Source of the DNA: an uncultured Gemmatimonadales bacterium
GTDB lineage: Bacteria; Gemmatimonadota; Gemmatimonadetes; Gemmatimonadales; GWC2-71-9
DNA length: 64,000 nt
Reading direction: 5' to 3'
Assembly (NCBI GenBank): GCA_963846435.1
Contig: CAWJVX010000007.1
Span: 728,817 to 792,816, forward strand
Shown: in pieces, positions 23,098 through 33,683 of the stretch
Layout: the number at the start of each line of letters is the position of its first letter
Numbering within the stretch: position 1 is the first letter of the stretch
Program-made: the position numbers and the translations under genes
The notes under the pieces: generated by a model
Told to the model about the DNA's origin: nothing
The model's database searches: none
What the model saw: the letters and a program-made list of their open reading frames with translations, nothing else

Positions 23098-23865
23098 ATG
23101 GGCAGCTACACACCCTCCGAAATGATGACCGCTGTGGCCGCGCGGGAGCTGCGTGATGGCGAAGTAGTGTTCGTCGGCATCGGCCTCCCCAACCTGGCTT
23201 GCAACCTCGCCCGGGAGACGCACGCGCCCAACCTGGTGCTGATCTATGAAAGCGGGGCGGTGGGAGCGATTCCCGAACGGCTCCCGGTTTCGATTGGGGA
23301 CCCGGCCCTGGTCACGGGCTCGCTGATGGTCTGTAGCATGGCGGATGTGTTTCAGTACCTGCTACAGAATGGCCGGATCCAGGTTGGCCTGCTGGGTGGG
23401 GCCCAGATTGACCGCTACGGAAACATCAATACCACGGTGGTGGGCGACTATGCCCGGCCCTCGGTACGCCTGCCCGGCAGCGGCGGTGCCGCGGAGATTG
23501 CCATCCACGCCCGTCGAACGGTCGTTATCACCCGACTCGACCGGCGGGTGTTTCCCGAACGGGTGGACTTCATCACCAGCCCGGGACTCAGAGCCAAGGG
23601 CCGGACGCGCCGGGAGCTGGGAATGCCTGGCGCTGGGCCCACCACGGTGATAACCGACAAGGCGATCCTGGCAGCTGACCCGGAGAGTGGTGAGCTGGTG
23701 CTGTCCGCGCTCTACCCCGGAGTCTCGCTTGGTGAGGTAACCGAGGGAATCAGTTGGAAGCTCCGGAGCCGGGACCGGTTGACCGACGTGCCCACCCCGA
23801 GCGAGCGCGAGCTCCAGCTCCTGCGCGAGGTGCTCGATCCCAAGCGGTTGTACCTCAAACAATGA
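23098..23865 (+). CDS. CoA-transferase subunit B
   Basis: MGSYTPSEMMTAVAARELRDGEVVFVGIGLPNLA...GGAQIDRYGNIN...LPGSGGAAEIA. An alternative ATG is at 23086. Confidence 0.8.
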   Translation: MGSYTPSEMMTAVAARELRDGEVVFVGIGLPNLACNLARETHAPNLVLIYESGAVGAIPERLPVSIGDPALVTGSLMVCSMADVFQYLLQNGRIQVGLLGGAQIDRYGNINTTVVGDYARPSVRLPGSGGAAEIAIHARRTVVITRLDRRVFPERVDFITSPGLRAKGRTRRELGMPGAGPTTVITDKAILAADPESGELVLSALYPGVSLGEVTEGISWKLRSRDRLTDVPTPSERELQLLREVLDPKRLYLKQ

Positions 23866-23875
23866 CCCAGGCCGC

Positions 23876-25321
23876 ATGAGCACTGCCACCGTCGCTCCCG
23901 CCGTGCCCCATCAGCCGGACCTCCCGCGGGTCCTGACTCTCCGGGATCTGGTCTTGTTCAATATCGTGGCCGTTCTCAGTCTCAGGTGGACGGCCACCGC
24001 CGCGGCTGCCGGACCCAGCTCGCTTACGCTGTGGGTGCTGGCGGCGCTGTTCTTCTTCATTCCGCAGGGACTTGCGGTCAGCGATCTGTCCTCCCGGTTT
24101 CCCCAGGAGGGAGGGATCTACTTCTGGACCAAGCGGACCTTCGGGGAAGGTCACGCGTTTCTCTGCGGCTGGTGCTACTGGGTCAACAACATCCTCTACT
24201 ACCCTAATCTGCTGATGTCTACCGCGGTCATCGGCACCTACGCTATTGGACGGGGCGGCACCGGGCTCATGGATGACTGGGTCTACATTCTGACGGCTAC
24301 TCTCACGGCGCTCTGGCTCGCGGTGCTTCTGAACGTGATCGGCCTGAAGACCGGTCGCTGGCTGCAGAACCTCGGAGCTCTCGGTACCTACCTTCCCGGT
24401 GCGGTGCTGGTTGGCTTCGGCATTCATGCGGCGCTCACCCGGGCCTCCGCCACGCCGCTTACTCTGGATAGCATCACGCCCAATCTCGGTAACATGTCGC
24501 AGCTGAACCTCTGGGCCTCGATCGCCTTTGCGTATGCCGGGCTCGAGTTGTGCGCCGTCATGGGCGATGAGATCAAGAACCCGCGCCGGACGCTGCCGCG
24601 CTCGATCTACATCGCGGCACCTTTCATTGCTTTCCTCTACATCGCCGGCACGGCTTCGCTGCTCTGGCTGGTGCCGAGCAGGGACGTCCACGTTGTCTCC
24701 GGCTTCTTTCAGGCCATGGCCGTCGGGGCCCGGGACTTCGGTGGGTTGGCCTGGCTGATTCCGATTACCGCCGCCGTCTACGTGCTGGGGAACATCGGAG
24801 GGATCGGTGCCTGGCTCACCGGTCCTGCGCGGGTGGCATTCGTCATCGGACTCGACCGGTATTTCCCTCCGGCGTTCGGCCGGGTGCACCCCCGCTGGAA
24901 GACCCCGTACGTGGCGATCCTGACCCAGGCGGTGCTGGCTACGGTCTTCATGCTGCTGTCGATCCTGGGGAAGGGCACCACGGTCGAGCGGGCGTATCTC
25001 ATGCTGCTCGACACCATGCTGCTGATCTATTTCATTCCCTACCTCTACCTTTTCGTCTGCTACCTCATCGTACGCCTCCGGGAACCGCTTCCCGATTCAG
25101 GCGCCTGGCGCAGGGGCAAGGCGACCGCGGTGCTGATCGGTGCCAGCGGCCTGCTGCTCACCGTCCTGGCCATGATCGTGGCCAGCATCCCGCCCAGCGA
25201 TACCGCGCAGCCCTGGCTCTTTCGCGTCAAGGTCATCGGTGGGGCTGCCCTGTTCGTTGTCCTCGGCGGCGTCGTGTACTGGCGCGCACGGCTGATCGCG
25301 GCGCGGTTACCCCGCGGGTGA
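23876..25321 (+). CDS. APC-family amino acid/polyamine permease
   Basis: 481 aa with about 12 predicted TM segments. N-terminal LTLRDLVLFNIVAVLSLRW...FPQEGGIYFW is typical of APC transporters. Confidence 0.8.
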   Translation: MSTATVAPAVPHQPDLPRVLTLRDLVLFNIVAVLSLRWTATAAAAGPSSLTLWVLAALFFFIPQGLAVSDLSSRFPQEGGIYFWTKRTFGEGHAFLCGWCYWVNNILYYPNLLMSTAVIGTYAIGRGGTGLMDDWVYILTATLTALWLAVLLNVIGLKTGRWLQNLGALGTYLPGAVLVGFGIHAALTRASATPLTLDSITPNLGNMSQLNLWASIAFAYAGLELCAVMGDEIKNPRRTLPRSIYIAAPFIAFLYIAGTASLLWLVPSRDVHVVSGFFQAMAVGARDFGGLAWLIPITAAVYVLGNIGGIGAWLTGPARVAFVIGLDRYFPPAFGRVHPRWKTPYVAILTQAVLATVFMLLSILGKGTTVERAYLMLLDTMLLIYFIPYLYLFVCYLIVRLREPLPDSGAWRRGKATAVLIGASGLLLTVLAMIVASIPPSDTAQPWLFRVKVIGGAALFVVLGGVVYWRARLIAARLPRG

Positions 25322-27852
25322 ACAAGACTCTCGCCCCAGTCTTCACGCTTCTCCTGCTGCCCGGCCTCCTGCCGGCGCAGCGGGAACCGGTGCTGCCTCA
25401 GGTCAAGGTTCCCCACAGCTATTACTATCGCGAGATGTACCTCCCGCAGGTTACCAGCGGGCCAAGTGCAATGACCTGGTCGCCTGATGGCCAGGAGCTG
25501 ATCTATTCGATGCAGGGCGCGCTCTGGCGGCAGCGCCTCGGCAGCAAGGAGGCGCGCCAGCTCACGGCGGGCCCGGGATACGCTTACCAGCCCGATTGGT
25601 CTCCCGATGGCCGCTACGTGGCCTACGTGGCATACACCGGGAACGCCATCGAGCTCCGCCTGCTCGATCTCTCGAGCGGCGAGACGCGGCCTCTCGTCGC
25701 TGACGGCAACGTCAACGTCGAGCCTCGCTGGTCTCCCGATGGGCGGCGCCTGGCCTTCGTGTCATCGGCGTTCGAGGGCCGGTGGCACATCTTCATCGCC
25801 ACAGTGAATAGCGACGGAACCCTCGGCCCGGCGGAGCGGGTCACCGAAGACCGGAACAGCGGGTTGGCGCGCTACTATTACGGCGCCTACGACCAGTATC
25901 TCTCACCCACCTGGTCGCCCGATGGCAAGGATCTGATCTTCGTCTCCAACCGGGGTCATATCTGGGGCTCGGGCGGGTTCTGGCGGATGGCCGCGAGCGC
26001 GGGTGCCGTGCCGCGGGAGCTGCGTTACGAGGAGACCAACTGGAAGGCTCGTCCCGACTGGAGCCGCGACGGCAGGCGAGTGGTGTACAGCTCCTACCTC
26101 GGCCGCCAATGGCACCAGCTCTGGTTGATGACTGCCGACGGGGGAGATCCGCTGCAGCTCACCTATGGCGAAGGGGACGCTACCGCGCCGCGCTGGTCCC
26201 CCGACGGACGGCGGATCGCCTACATCTCCAATGAAGGCGGCAACACCGCGCTGCGTATCGTCGAGGTGCCCGGCGGCGGCATCGAGCGGATCCAGGCCGA
26301 GCGCCGGATCTACGTCGCGCCCGTAGGGCGCCTCGCGCTCACGATCCTCGATCGATCGTCCGGCCGCCCCGTCCCCGCGCGGATATCGGTTCAGGGGCCG
26401 GATGGCCGGAGCTTTGGGCCGGATGATGCGTGGCGCCATGCGGATGACGGTTTCGACCGCCGCCAGCGAAGTCTCGAGTACGGGTACTTCCATACTCGTG
26501 GGTCATCGGTTGTGAGCGCACCCGCCGGCCCGGTCACCGTCGAGGTCTCTCGGGGGCCGGAGTACCGGGTGGTCCGGCGCACGATCACGGTGCGGCCCGA
26601 TTCGACGTCAGCGCTTCGGGTTGTGCTCGACCGGCTGGTTGATCTGCCGGCCGCCGGCTGGTACAGTGGCGATCTCCACGTGCATATGAACTATGGTGGC
26701 GCCTACCGCAACGATCCTACCAACCTGGCGTTCCAAGCCCGGGCCGAGGACCTCCATGTGGTGGAGAACCTGATCGTGAACAAGGAGGGCCGGGTTCCGG
26801 ACATCGGTTACTTCAGGGGCCGGCCAGATCCCGTTTCCACGTCCACGACGCTGGTGGTGCACGACCAGGAGTACCACACCAGCCTGTGGGGTCACACTGG
26901 CCTACTGGGCCTTCGACGCCACGTCATCCTCCCAGGCTACGCCGGGTACGTCAATACCGCCGCGGCGAGTCTGGATCCGACCAATGCCGCGGTGTTCGAC
27001 CAGGCACACGCGCAGGACGCGATTACCGGCTACGTCCACCCGTTCGACAGCTACCCCAATCCGGGAGACTCCACCAAGCCTCTCACCCATGAGCTGCCGG
27101 TGGATGTTGCGCTGGGCAAGGTGGACTACTACGAGGCGATCGGCTTCGTGGACGACTATGACGCCACGGCGCGGGTGTGGTACCAGCTCCTGAATTGCGG
27201 GTTCCGTCTTCCCGCCGGTGCGGGCACCGACGCCATGGCCAACTTCGCCTCGCTGCGGGGGCCGGTTGGGATGAATCGGGTATTTGCCAAGCTAGCCGGC
27301 CCCCTGACTCACCGGCGTTGGCTGGCGGCACTCAAGGCGGGGCGCACCTTTGCCACCAACGGACCGCTGCTGGGTTTTACGCTCGATGGAAAGGAGCTTG
27401 GCAGCGAGCTCGCCCTAGGGAACCGTGGGCGCGAGCTCCGGGCCCGGGTGACCCTGAACTCGATTGTGCCGGTGGATCATCTTGAGATCGTGCGCAACGG
27501 AGAGGTGCTGATGGAGATACCCCTCACCGGTGATCGAACCAAGGTGTCGACCAGTGTCCGGGTGCCGGTGCGGGGGAGCGGGTGGTATCTCCTTCGGGCC
27601 AGAGGGAACGGACCGGCGTATCCGATTCTCGATTTCTACCCCTACGCCACCACCAGTCCGATCTATGTCACGGTGGCTGGGCAACCGATCCGCTCGCCGC
27701 GAGATGCCACCTATTTTGTCGCCTGGATCACCCGCCTGGAGGCTGCCGCCCTTGCCAGCAAGGACTGGAACAGCGAGGGAGAGCAATCGAGCGCCCTGGC
27801 TGGCATCCGCCGGGCAAGGGCTGAGTTCGAAGCGCGGGGCGGCGCGCGTTAG
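25318..27852 (+). CDS. Secreted fusion protein: TolB-like PD40 beta-propeller plus CehA/McbA (PHP-like) metallohydrolase domain
   Basis: Signal peptide. Repeated WSPDG motifs (WSPDGQEL, WSPDGRYVAY, WSPDGRRLAF, WSPDGKDLIF, WSRDGRRVVY, WSPDGRRIAY). Then GDLHVHMNYGG...HTSLWGH...GYVHPFDS. Confidence 0.75.
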   Translation: MNKTLAPVFTLLLLPGLLPAQREPVLPQVKVPHSYYYREMYLPQVTSGPSAMTWSPDGQELIYSMQGALWRQRLGSKEARQLTAGPGYAYQPDWSPDGRYVAYVAYTGNAIELRLLDLSSGETRPLVADGNVNVEPRWSPDGRRLAFVSSAFEGRWHIFIATVNSDGTLGPAERVTEDRNSGLARYYYGAYDQYLSPTWSPDGKDLIFVSNRGHIWGSGGFWRMAASAGAVPRELRYEETNWKARPDWSRDGRRVVYSSYLGRQWHQLWLMTADGGDPLQLTYGEGDATAPRWSPDGRRIAYISNEGGNTALRIVEVPGGGIERIQAERRIYVAPVGRLALTILDRSSGRPVPARISVQGPDGRSFGPDDAWRHADDGFDRRQRSLEYGYFHTRGSSVVSAPAGPVTVEVSRGPEYRVVRRTITVRPDSTSALRVVLDRLVDLPAAGWYSGDLHVHMNYGGAYRNDPTNLAFQARAEDLHVVENLIVNKEGRVPDIGYFRGRPDPVSTSTTLVVHDQEYHTSLWGHTGLLGLRRHVILPGYAGYVNTAAASLDPTNAAVFDQAHAQDAITGYVHPFDSYPNPGDSTKPLTHELPVDVALGKVDYYEAIGFVDDYDATARVWYQLLNCGFRLPAGAGTDAMANFASLRGPVGMNRVFAKLAGPLTHRRWLAALKAGRTFATNGPLLGFTLDGKELGSELALGNRGRELRARVTLNSIVPVDHLEIVRNGEVLMEIPLTGDRTKVSTSVRVPVRGSGWYLLRARGNGPAYPILDFYPYATTSPIYVTVAGQPIRSPRDATYFVAWITRLEAAALASKDWNSEGEQSSALAGIRRARAEFEARGGAR

Positions 27853-29045
27853 CCGGTGGATTCGACGATCACCGCAATACCCTGACCGACTCCGATGCAC
27901 ATCGTCGCAAGACCATAGCGACCCCCGGTACGGCGCAATGCGTGGACCAGGGTGGTGAGGATGCGGGCACCGCTGGCCCCCAGGGGGTGGCCGAGCGCAA
28001 TAGCCCCACCGTAGATGTTCACCCGGGCGCTATCGAGCTCCAGGTCGCGCATGCAGGCGATGGCTTGTACGGCAAACGCTTCATTCAGCTCGACCAGGTC
28101 GAGCTGTGAAGCTCTAAGGCCCGCTCGTTCGAGAGCCTTGCGGGTTGCGGGAATGGGACCGAGTCCCATGCAGCTCGGGTCGACGCCGGCCACCGCGGTG
28201 GCCACGATGCGGGCCATGGGCTCCAGTTTCAGGTCAGCGAGGGCGCGAGCGCCTGCCACCGATAACGCCGCGGCTCCGTCATTGATGCCGCTGGAGGTGG
28301 CAGCGGTCACCGTCCCTCCTCGAACGAATGCGGGCTCCAGCCGGGCCAGTGCGTCCAACGAAAGGCCCGGCCGGGGCGGCTCGTCCACGGCAACCGTCCG
28401 GGAGCCTGTTCCCGCCGGCACCTCCACCGCGGCAATCTCGTCAGCAAAGGTGCCCGCAGCCGCGGCGGCCAGCGCCCGGCGCTGGCTCTCCAACGCAAAC
28501 TCTTCCTGCTCCCTTCGGCTTATCCCGTAACTCCGGGCGACCTGCTCCGCCGTCTCGCCCAGTGAGATGGTCCAGTCGGCCGGCATGCGGGGATTGATGA
28601 ACCGCCAGCCGACGGTCGTATCCGCCAGTGCCGGCGGCGAGCGATCCCACGGGCGCCCGCTTTTGAGCAGTACCTGAGGGGCGCGAGTCATGCTCTCCAC
28701 TCCGCCGGCCACGAAGACCTCTCCTTCACCGGCTCGAATCGCATGGGTCGCTGACACGACGGCTTGCAGGCCCGAGCCGCAGAGCCGGTTCACCGTTTGT
28801 CCCGGCACCTCGACCGGCAGGCCGGCTAGGAGCGCCGCCATGCGAGCGACATTACGGTTGTCCTCCCCCGCCTGGTTGGCGCAGCCGAGGATCACATCGT
28901 CAATGCGCTCGGGCGGGATTCGTCCTCGCTGGATGAGGGAACGGATCGCGGCAGCCGCGAGGTCGTCGGGTCGCAGCTCGGCCAGGGCTCCGCCGGCGCG
29001 CCCGATCGGGGTGCGCACCGCAGCGGTGATGAAGGCATCGCTCAC
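27849..29045 (-). CDS. Acetyl-CoA C-acetyltransferase (thiolase)
   Basis: [11 protein letters not shown] active-site Cys; [14 protein letters not shown]; MCIGVGQG. 398 aa. Confidence 0.93.
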   Translation of the reverse strand: MSDAFITAAVRTPIGRAGGALAELRPDDLAAAAIRSLIQRGRIPPERIDDVILGCANQAGEDNRNVARMAALLAGLPVEVPGQTVNRLCGSGLQAVVSATHAIRAGEGEVFVAGGVESMTRAPQVLLKSGRPWDRSPPALADTTVGWRFINPRMPADWTISLGETAEQVARSYGISRREQEEFALESQRRALAAAAAGTFADEIAAVEVPAGTGSRTVAVDEPPRPGLSLDALARLEPAFVRGGTVTAATSSGINDGAAALSVAGARALADLKLEPMARIVATAVAGVDPSCMGLGPIPATRKALERAGLRASQLDLVELNEAFAVQAIACMRDLELDSARVNIYGGAIALGHPLGASGARILTTLVHALRRTGGRYGLATMCIGVGQGIAVIVESTG

Positions 29046-29108
29046 AGGTCCAGCCTCACGTTGACCTCCCTCTGTCGGACCGCTAAGTTGCCGCCCGACA
29101 ACGATTCA

Positions 29109-29195
29109 GGACAGGTGGCCGAGCGGTTGAAGGCACCACCCTGGAAAGGTGGCATACTCGTAAGGGTATCGAGGGTTCGAATCCCTCCCTGTCCG
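29109..29195 (+). tRNA. tRNA-Ser (anticodon GGA)
   Basis: Acceptor GGACAGG/CCTGTCC. Anticodon stem CCACC/GGTGG with loop CTGGAAA. Long variable arm; GGTTCGAATCC T-loop. Confidence 0.9.
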
Positions 29196-29270
29196 TCCTG
29201 GGGAACCGTTTCTCCGCCTCTGGCGTATCTTTAGGGTACCCAGCAGCTCACGGCTACCCGAGGCAGTGTA

Positions 29271-30182
29271 ATGCTCATCAATCGCCCTCCCGACCTTCCC
29301 AGCTCCGAGATCACCGACGAATCGCTGTTCTGGAACCGGCGCGCCTTCCTCAAGGCTGCCGGCCTGGGTGCGGCCGCGGTCGGGGGGCTGCTCCCGTTCA
29401 ATGGCCGTGGTCGCTTCGGATCGGACGAGGAGAAGCTAACACCCTGGGAGGACGTGACCGGCTACAACAACTACTACGAGTTCGGCACCGACAAGGACGA
29501 CCCGGCGCGGAACGCGACCGGCCTCCGCACCCGTCCCTGGAAGGTAGAGGTGGCCGGCGAAGTAAAACGGCCGGCGCTCTACGATTTCGATGAGCTCCTC
29601 AAGCCGTTCACTCCGGCCGAACGAGTCTATCGGATGCGGTGCGTCGAGGGCTGGTCGATGGTGGTGCCCTGGCTGGGCATCCCCCTCGGTGCGGTCATTG
29701 ACCGCCTGGAGCCCACCTCGAAGGCAAAGTACGTCGAATTCACGACGCTGTTCGATCCCCAGCAGATGCCGGGGCAACAGCGCAGGATCCTGGACTGGCC
29801 CTATGTCGAAGGGCTGCGAATGGACGAGGCCCGGCACCCGCTCGCGATTCTGGTCACCGGGGTGTATGGGAAGCCCCTGCCCAATCAGAACGGAGCGCCG
29901 CTCCGTCTTATCGTGCCCTGGAAATATGGATTCAAGGGCGGCAAATCGATCGTGAAGATCCGGTTCGCCGAACGCCAGCCCCAGACCACGTGGAGCCTGG
30001 CGGCCCCGGACGAATATGGGTTCTACGCCAACGTCAACCCCGAAGTAGACCATCCAAGGTGGAGTCAGGCCCGGGAGCGGCGCATCGGTGAGCTCTTCAA
30101 GCGGAAGACGCTGATGTTCAACGGCTATGGGGATCAGGTCGCCTCGCTGTACGCGGGGATGGACCTTCGCCGGAACTTCTGA
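29271..30182 (+). CDS. msrP: Protein-methionine-sulfoxide reductase catalytic subunit MsrP (YedY, molybdopterin)
   Basis: Tat-like [14 protein letters not shown]; YYEFGTDK; [16 protein letters not shown]; [18 protein letters not shown]. Confidence 0.92.
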   Translation: MLINRPPDLPSSEITDESLFWNRRAFLKAAGLGAAAVGGLLPFNGRGRFGSDEEKLTPWEDVTGYNNYYEFGTDKDDPARNATGLRTRPWKVEVAGEVKRPALYDFDELLKPFTPAERVYRMRCVEGWSMVVPWLGIPLGAVIDRLEPTSKAKYVEFTTLFDPQQMPGQQRRILDWPYVEGLRMDEARHPLAILVTGVYGKPLPNQNGAPLRLIVPWKYGFKGGKSIVKIRFAERQPQTTWSLAAPDEYGFYANVNPEVDHPRWSQARERRIGELFKRKTLMFNGYGDQVASLYAGMDLRRNF

Positions 30183-30192
30183 GCTCCATAGC

Positions 30193-30840
30193 GTGACCCG
30201 CGCCGCCGTCATCACGCGGGTGGTAAAGCCCGCCCTCTACTTTGCCGCGCTACTGCCGCTGGCCTGGCTGCTGTTTGCCCTGCTCACCGGGCGGGTGATG
30301 GGCGACGAGGTCAAGTTCATGCAGCACGTTACCGGTGATACCGTGCTCAGCTGCTTGCTGCTCACGCTCAGCGTCACCCCGCTGCGCCGGCTCACCGGCT
30401 GGAACGAGATCATCCGGGTCCGCCGGCTCATCGGGCTCACCGCCTTCTGGTATGCCTGCCTGCACCTCACCACCTACCTCGTGTTCGATCAGTCACTGTC
30501 GATCGAGGAGATCCTGAAGGATATCGCGAAACATCCTTGGGTCTTGGTGGGATTCACCGCCTTTCTCTGCCTGGTTCCCTTGGCGATCACCTCCACCAGC
30601 GGGTGGGTACGGCGCCTGGGTGGGAAGCGGTGGCAGCGGCTCCACCGCCTGGTATACGTGGCCGCAGCCGCCGGGGTTCTCCACTACTTCTGGCTGGTCA
30701 AGAAGGACGTCCGGGCCCCGCTCGCCTATGGGGCGGTCTTGTTGGTGCTACTGGGGACCCGCGTCTGGCTCACCCGGGACCGGGTGCGGGCTCGGGTTGT
30801 GCCATCCACCAGGAGAGCCGATCCGAAACCTGCCGCGTAG
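30193..30840 (+). CDS. msrQ: Protein-methionine-sulfoxide reductase heme-binding subunit MsrQ (YedZ)
   Basis: GTG 30193. Multi-TM ferric-reductase-like protein with RRLIGLTAFWYACLHLTTYL and RLHRLVYVAAAAGVLHYFW, immediately after msrP. Confidence 0.85.
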   Translation: MTRAAVITRVVKPALYFAALLPLAWLLFALLTGRVMGDEVKFMQHVTGDTVLSCLLLTLSVTPLRRLTGWNEIIRVRRLIGLTAFWYACLHLTTYLVFDQSLSIEEILKDIAKHPWVLVGFTAFLCLVPLAITSTSGWVRRLGGKRWQRLHRLVYVAAAAGVLHYFWLVKKDVRAPLAYGAVLLVLLGTRVWLTRDRVRARVVPSTRRADPKPAA

Positions 30841-30915
30841 CCCACCCGTCGTGGCCTCATCCCAGAGCGATCACGGCTCCTTTCGCCCCGGCGTCCCTCG
30901 GCCTATGTTCGTACC

Positions 30916-31272
30916 ATGATGGCGCTCCTCCGACGCAGCCGAGTCCTGGCCTTTGCTCTATTGTTCCTCGCCCCGGGGGTCAGCGGGAGCGCGGTGCAAT
31001 GGCTGCATGCCTGCCCGGTTCAGGCGGCGGCTGTCGCCGATCATCAGCATCACAGCCAGGCTCCCGCAGACGCGGGGCACTCGCAGAACTGTCAGTGCAT
31101 CGGCTCCTGTAACACCGCCGGTACCGCGTCGCCCGCCGTCGCGGTTACCGTCGCTGCGGCTGTCTTCCGGCCCGATCACCACGTCGTCCCGCCGTCCGGC
31201 ATCAGCTTCATCCCGGTCGGTACCCCTTCAGATCTCCTTCCGCCCGCAACCGCTCCGCCCTTTCAGTCCTGA
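30916..31272 (+). CDS. Small secreted His/Cys-rich protein (candidate metal-binding; family not assigned)
   Basis: Signal peptide MMALLRRSRVLAFALLFLAPGVSGS. Then LHACPV...DHQHHSQAPADAGHSQNCQCIGSCN. 118 aa, directly upstream of a TonB-dependent receptor. Confidence 0.55.
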   Translation: MMALLRRSRVLAFALLFLAPGVSGSAVQWLHACPVQAAAVADHQHHSQAPADAGHSQNCQCIGSCNTAGTASPAVAVTVAAAVFRPDHHVVPPSGISFIPVGTPSDLLPPATAPPFQS

Positions 31273-31358
31273 GTAGTCGGATCCAGTGACCCTGGCGAAT
31301 CCCGGGACCCCGCCCGGAACGCCGCTGTTATCTGAACCGAAAACCACAGGACGAATAC

Positions 31359-33683
31359 ATGATCTCTTTCATGGTGCGACGCGCGCTCGCTGCGGCTGTC
31401 GCCCTTCTGATGCCGCTCCTGGCTACTTCGCCGCTGGCGGCGCAGCAGACCGGTGCTATCAACGGGGTAGTGCGGTCGGCGAGAACCGACTCATTGCTCG
31501 GCCGGGCTCTGGTCTCGATCGAGGGCCGTCCGCTGAACATTCAGGCCGACGAGGAGGGGCGGTTCCGGATCGACAACGTTCCCGCCGGCAAGATCAGGAT
31601 TACCGCCCGGGTCCTGGGCTACGCGCCCGGTCGACAAACGGTCGAGGTATCTGCCGGACGTGAGCAAGCGGTCGAGCTTCGCCTTCAACCCGCGGCCGTC
31701 CAACTGGCCGAGCTCACCGTGATTGGTACCCGGGCTGATCTGGAGGAACGTCGTGCCCGCCTTGACCAGGTACCGGGCTCGGTGGCCCTGATCGAGTCGC
31801 GAGAAATCCGCAGGACACGCCAGGCCAACTTCAAGGATGTGCTTGGCTTTACGCCCGGTGTATACGTGCAGTCCCGGTTCGGTGCCGCCGACGAGAGCCA
31901 GATCTCCATTCGAGGCTCAGGCTTGCGCAACAACTTTCACGCCCGCGGCATCAACATCCTGGTGAACGGCATGCCGTACCGAAACACGGACGGGTTCACC
32001 GACTTCGAATCGCTCGAGCTATCGAACACCGAGTCCATCGAGGTGTACAAGGGCGGCAACGCGCTGCGGTATGGAGGCTCGACCTTAGGTGGGGCGATAA
32101 ACCTGGAAACCAAGACCGGGTATACCGCCGCCCCGGTCGAGGTTTCGGCGGAGGGTGGCAGCTACGGTTTCCTGAAGACCCAGCTTGCCTCGGGAGCCAC
32201 GGTCGGCAAGCTGGATTATTACGGCAGCTATACCCGAACCAGCCTGGACGGTTTCCGCGACCATGCGGCGCAGGGACGGGACCGGGTCAACGGGCACCTC
32301 GGGTACGTCCTCTCGGAGGACACCGACATTCGGGCCTTCTACTTCTTTGCCCACGTCAACGAGCAGCTCCCCGGCGCCCTTACGGCCTCCGAGCTGGCCA
32401 GCACGCCCACTGCCTCCGATCCGGAGAACCAGGCCGATCGCTGGGGACGGGACTACGACCTGCACCACCTCGGACTGCAGCTGCGCACCCAGCTCGGAGG
32501 CGGGCAGCGGCTCGAGATCAGCCCCTACTTACAGTACCGCGACATCGACCATCCCATTTTTCAGGTGATCAACCAGCAGAGTCGGGACTACGGCGCGGAG
32601 GCCCGCTACGAGAACTCCCTGCCGCTCTTCGGCCGAACCAACCGGTTTACAGTGGGGCTGCAGCCGTCCTGGCTCAACATGGACAACCGGCAGTTCATCA
32701 ACCAGGCCGGCGAACATGGCGAGCTTCGCAAGCAGCAGAAGGATGAAGCGGTCGGCCTCGCGGTCTACGCTGAGAACGCGCTCGCGCTGACCCCACGTCT
32801 GACGGCCGTTGCCGGATTCCGGCTGGATCATGCGATCCGGAAATCGCATGACCGGTTCCTTTCCGACGGCGACCAATCCGACCACCGCGAGTTCAACCCC
32901 CTGCTGCCCAAGGTCGGGATGTTGTACTCCATTCCCAGGATCCAGGGGCAGGTCTACGCCAACGTCAGTCGCTCCTTCGAGCCTCCGCTTCTGCTGGAGC
33001 TCAACAGTCTCACCGTGCCCGGCTTCATCGACCTGGCCGGTCAGGACGCCTGGCAGTTCGAGCTTGGCGTACGCGGGCGGTCCGGCGCCCTTGGCTGGGA
33101 CGCGGCGGTTTATGACGTCGAGCTCAAGAACGAAATCCTCAACATCAACGTACAGCCGTTCACCGGCGCTCCGTTCACCGTCCCGACCTACCGCAACGCC
33201 CCCCGTACCCGGCACTATGGACTCGAGACGGGGGTTGAATACGAGGTTCAGGGTGGCGTCTTCCGCCGGGGGGAAAAGCAGGATGCAGCCCGCCTGCGCC
33301 TGGCCTACACCTTCGCCCGCTACCGTTTTCTGGACGACCCCGACTTCGAGGGCAACGACATCCCCGGCGCTCCGGAGCACCACCTTCAGGCCGAGGTGCA
33401 GTACCGCCATCCGTCAGGCTTTTCCCTGGCGCCGAAAGTCGAATGGGTACCGGGCTCCTACTTCATCAACAGCGCCAACACCGCTTCGAACGACGGCTGG
33501 GCCACCGTTGGGCTTCGCGCCGAGTACGACATCGACCGGCTTGGGCTCACGGCCTTCGCCGCCGGTGAGAATCTGACCGATGCCCGATACAGCGCCTCGG
33601 TGCAGGTCGACAACGCCGCTGGCCGTTCATTCGAGCCGGCGGATGGCCGGGCGTTCTATCTGGGTTTGAAATGGAGCCGATGA
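31359..33683 (+). CDS. TonB-dependent receptor with carboxypeptidase-regulatory-like N-domain
   Basis: Signal peptide, then GAINGVVRSARTDSLLGRALVSIEG (CarboxypepD_reg-like). Plug ELTVIGTR...ESIEVYKGGNALRYGGSTLGGAINLET. 774 aa barrel. Confidence 0.88.
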   Translation: MISFMVRRALAAAVALLMPLLATSPLAAQQTGAINGVVRSARTDSLLGRALVSIEGRPLNIQADEEGRFRIDNVPAGKIRITARVLGYAPGRQTVEVSAGREQAVELRLQPAAVQLAELTVIGTRADLEERRARLDQVPGSVALIESREIRRTRQANFKDVLGFTPGVYVQSRFGAADESQISIRGSGLRNNFHARGINILVNGMPYRNTDGFTDFESLELSNTESIEVYKGGNALRYGGSTLGGAINLETKTGYTAAPVEVSAEGGSYGFLKTQLASGATVGKLDYYGSYTRTSLDGFRDHAAQGRDRVNGHLGYVLSEDTDIRAFYFFAHVNEQLPGALTASELASTPTASDPENQADRWGRDYDLHHLGLQLRTQLGGGQRLEISPYLQYRDIDHPIFQVINQQSRDYGAEARYENSLPLFGRTNRFTVGLQPSWLNMDNRQFINQAGEHGELRKQQKDEAVGLAVYAENALALTPRLTAVAGFRLDHAIRKSHDRFLSDGDQSDHREFNPLLPKVGMLYSIPRIQGQVYANVSRSFEPPLLLELNSLTVPGFIDLAGQDAWQFELGVRGRSGALGWDAAVYDVELKNEILNINVQPFTGAPFTVPTYRNAPRTRHYGLETGVEYEVQGGVFRRGEKQDAARLRLAYTFARYRFLDDPDFEGNDIPGAPEHHLQAEVQYRHPSGFSLAPKVEWVPGSYFINSANTASNDGWATVGLRAEYDIDRLGLTAFAAGENLTDARYSASVQVDNAAGRSFEPADGRAFYLGLKWSR

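Noticed and set aside
31286-31663. ORF 31286..31663 (+) as a separate small gene before the TonB receptor.
   Set aside because: It overlaps the receptor's start and signal peptide in another frame, and its product is Arg/Gly-rich. The receptor frame carries the recognisable domains.
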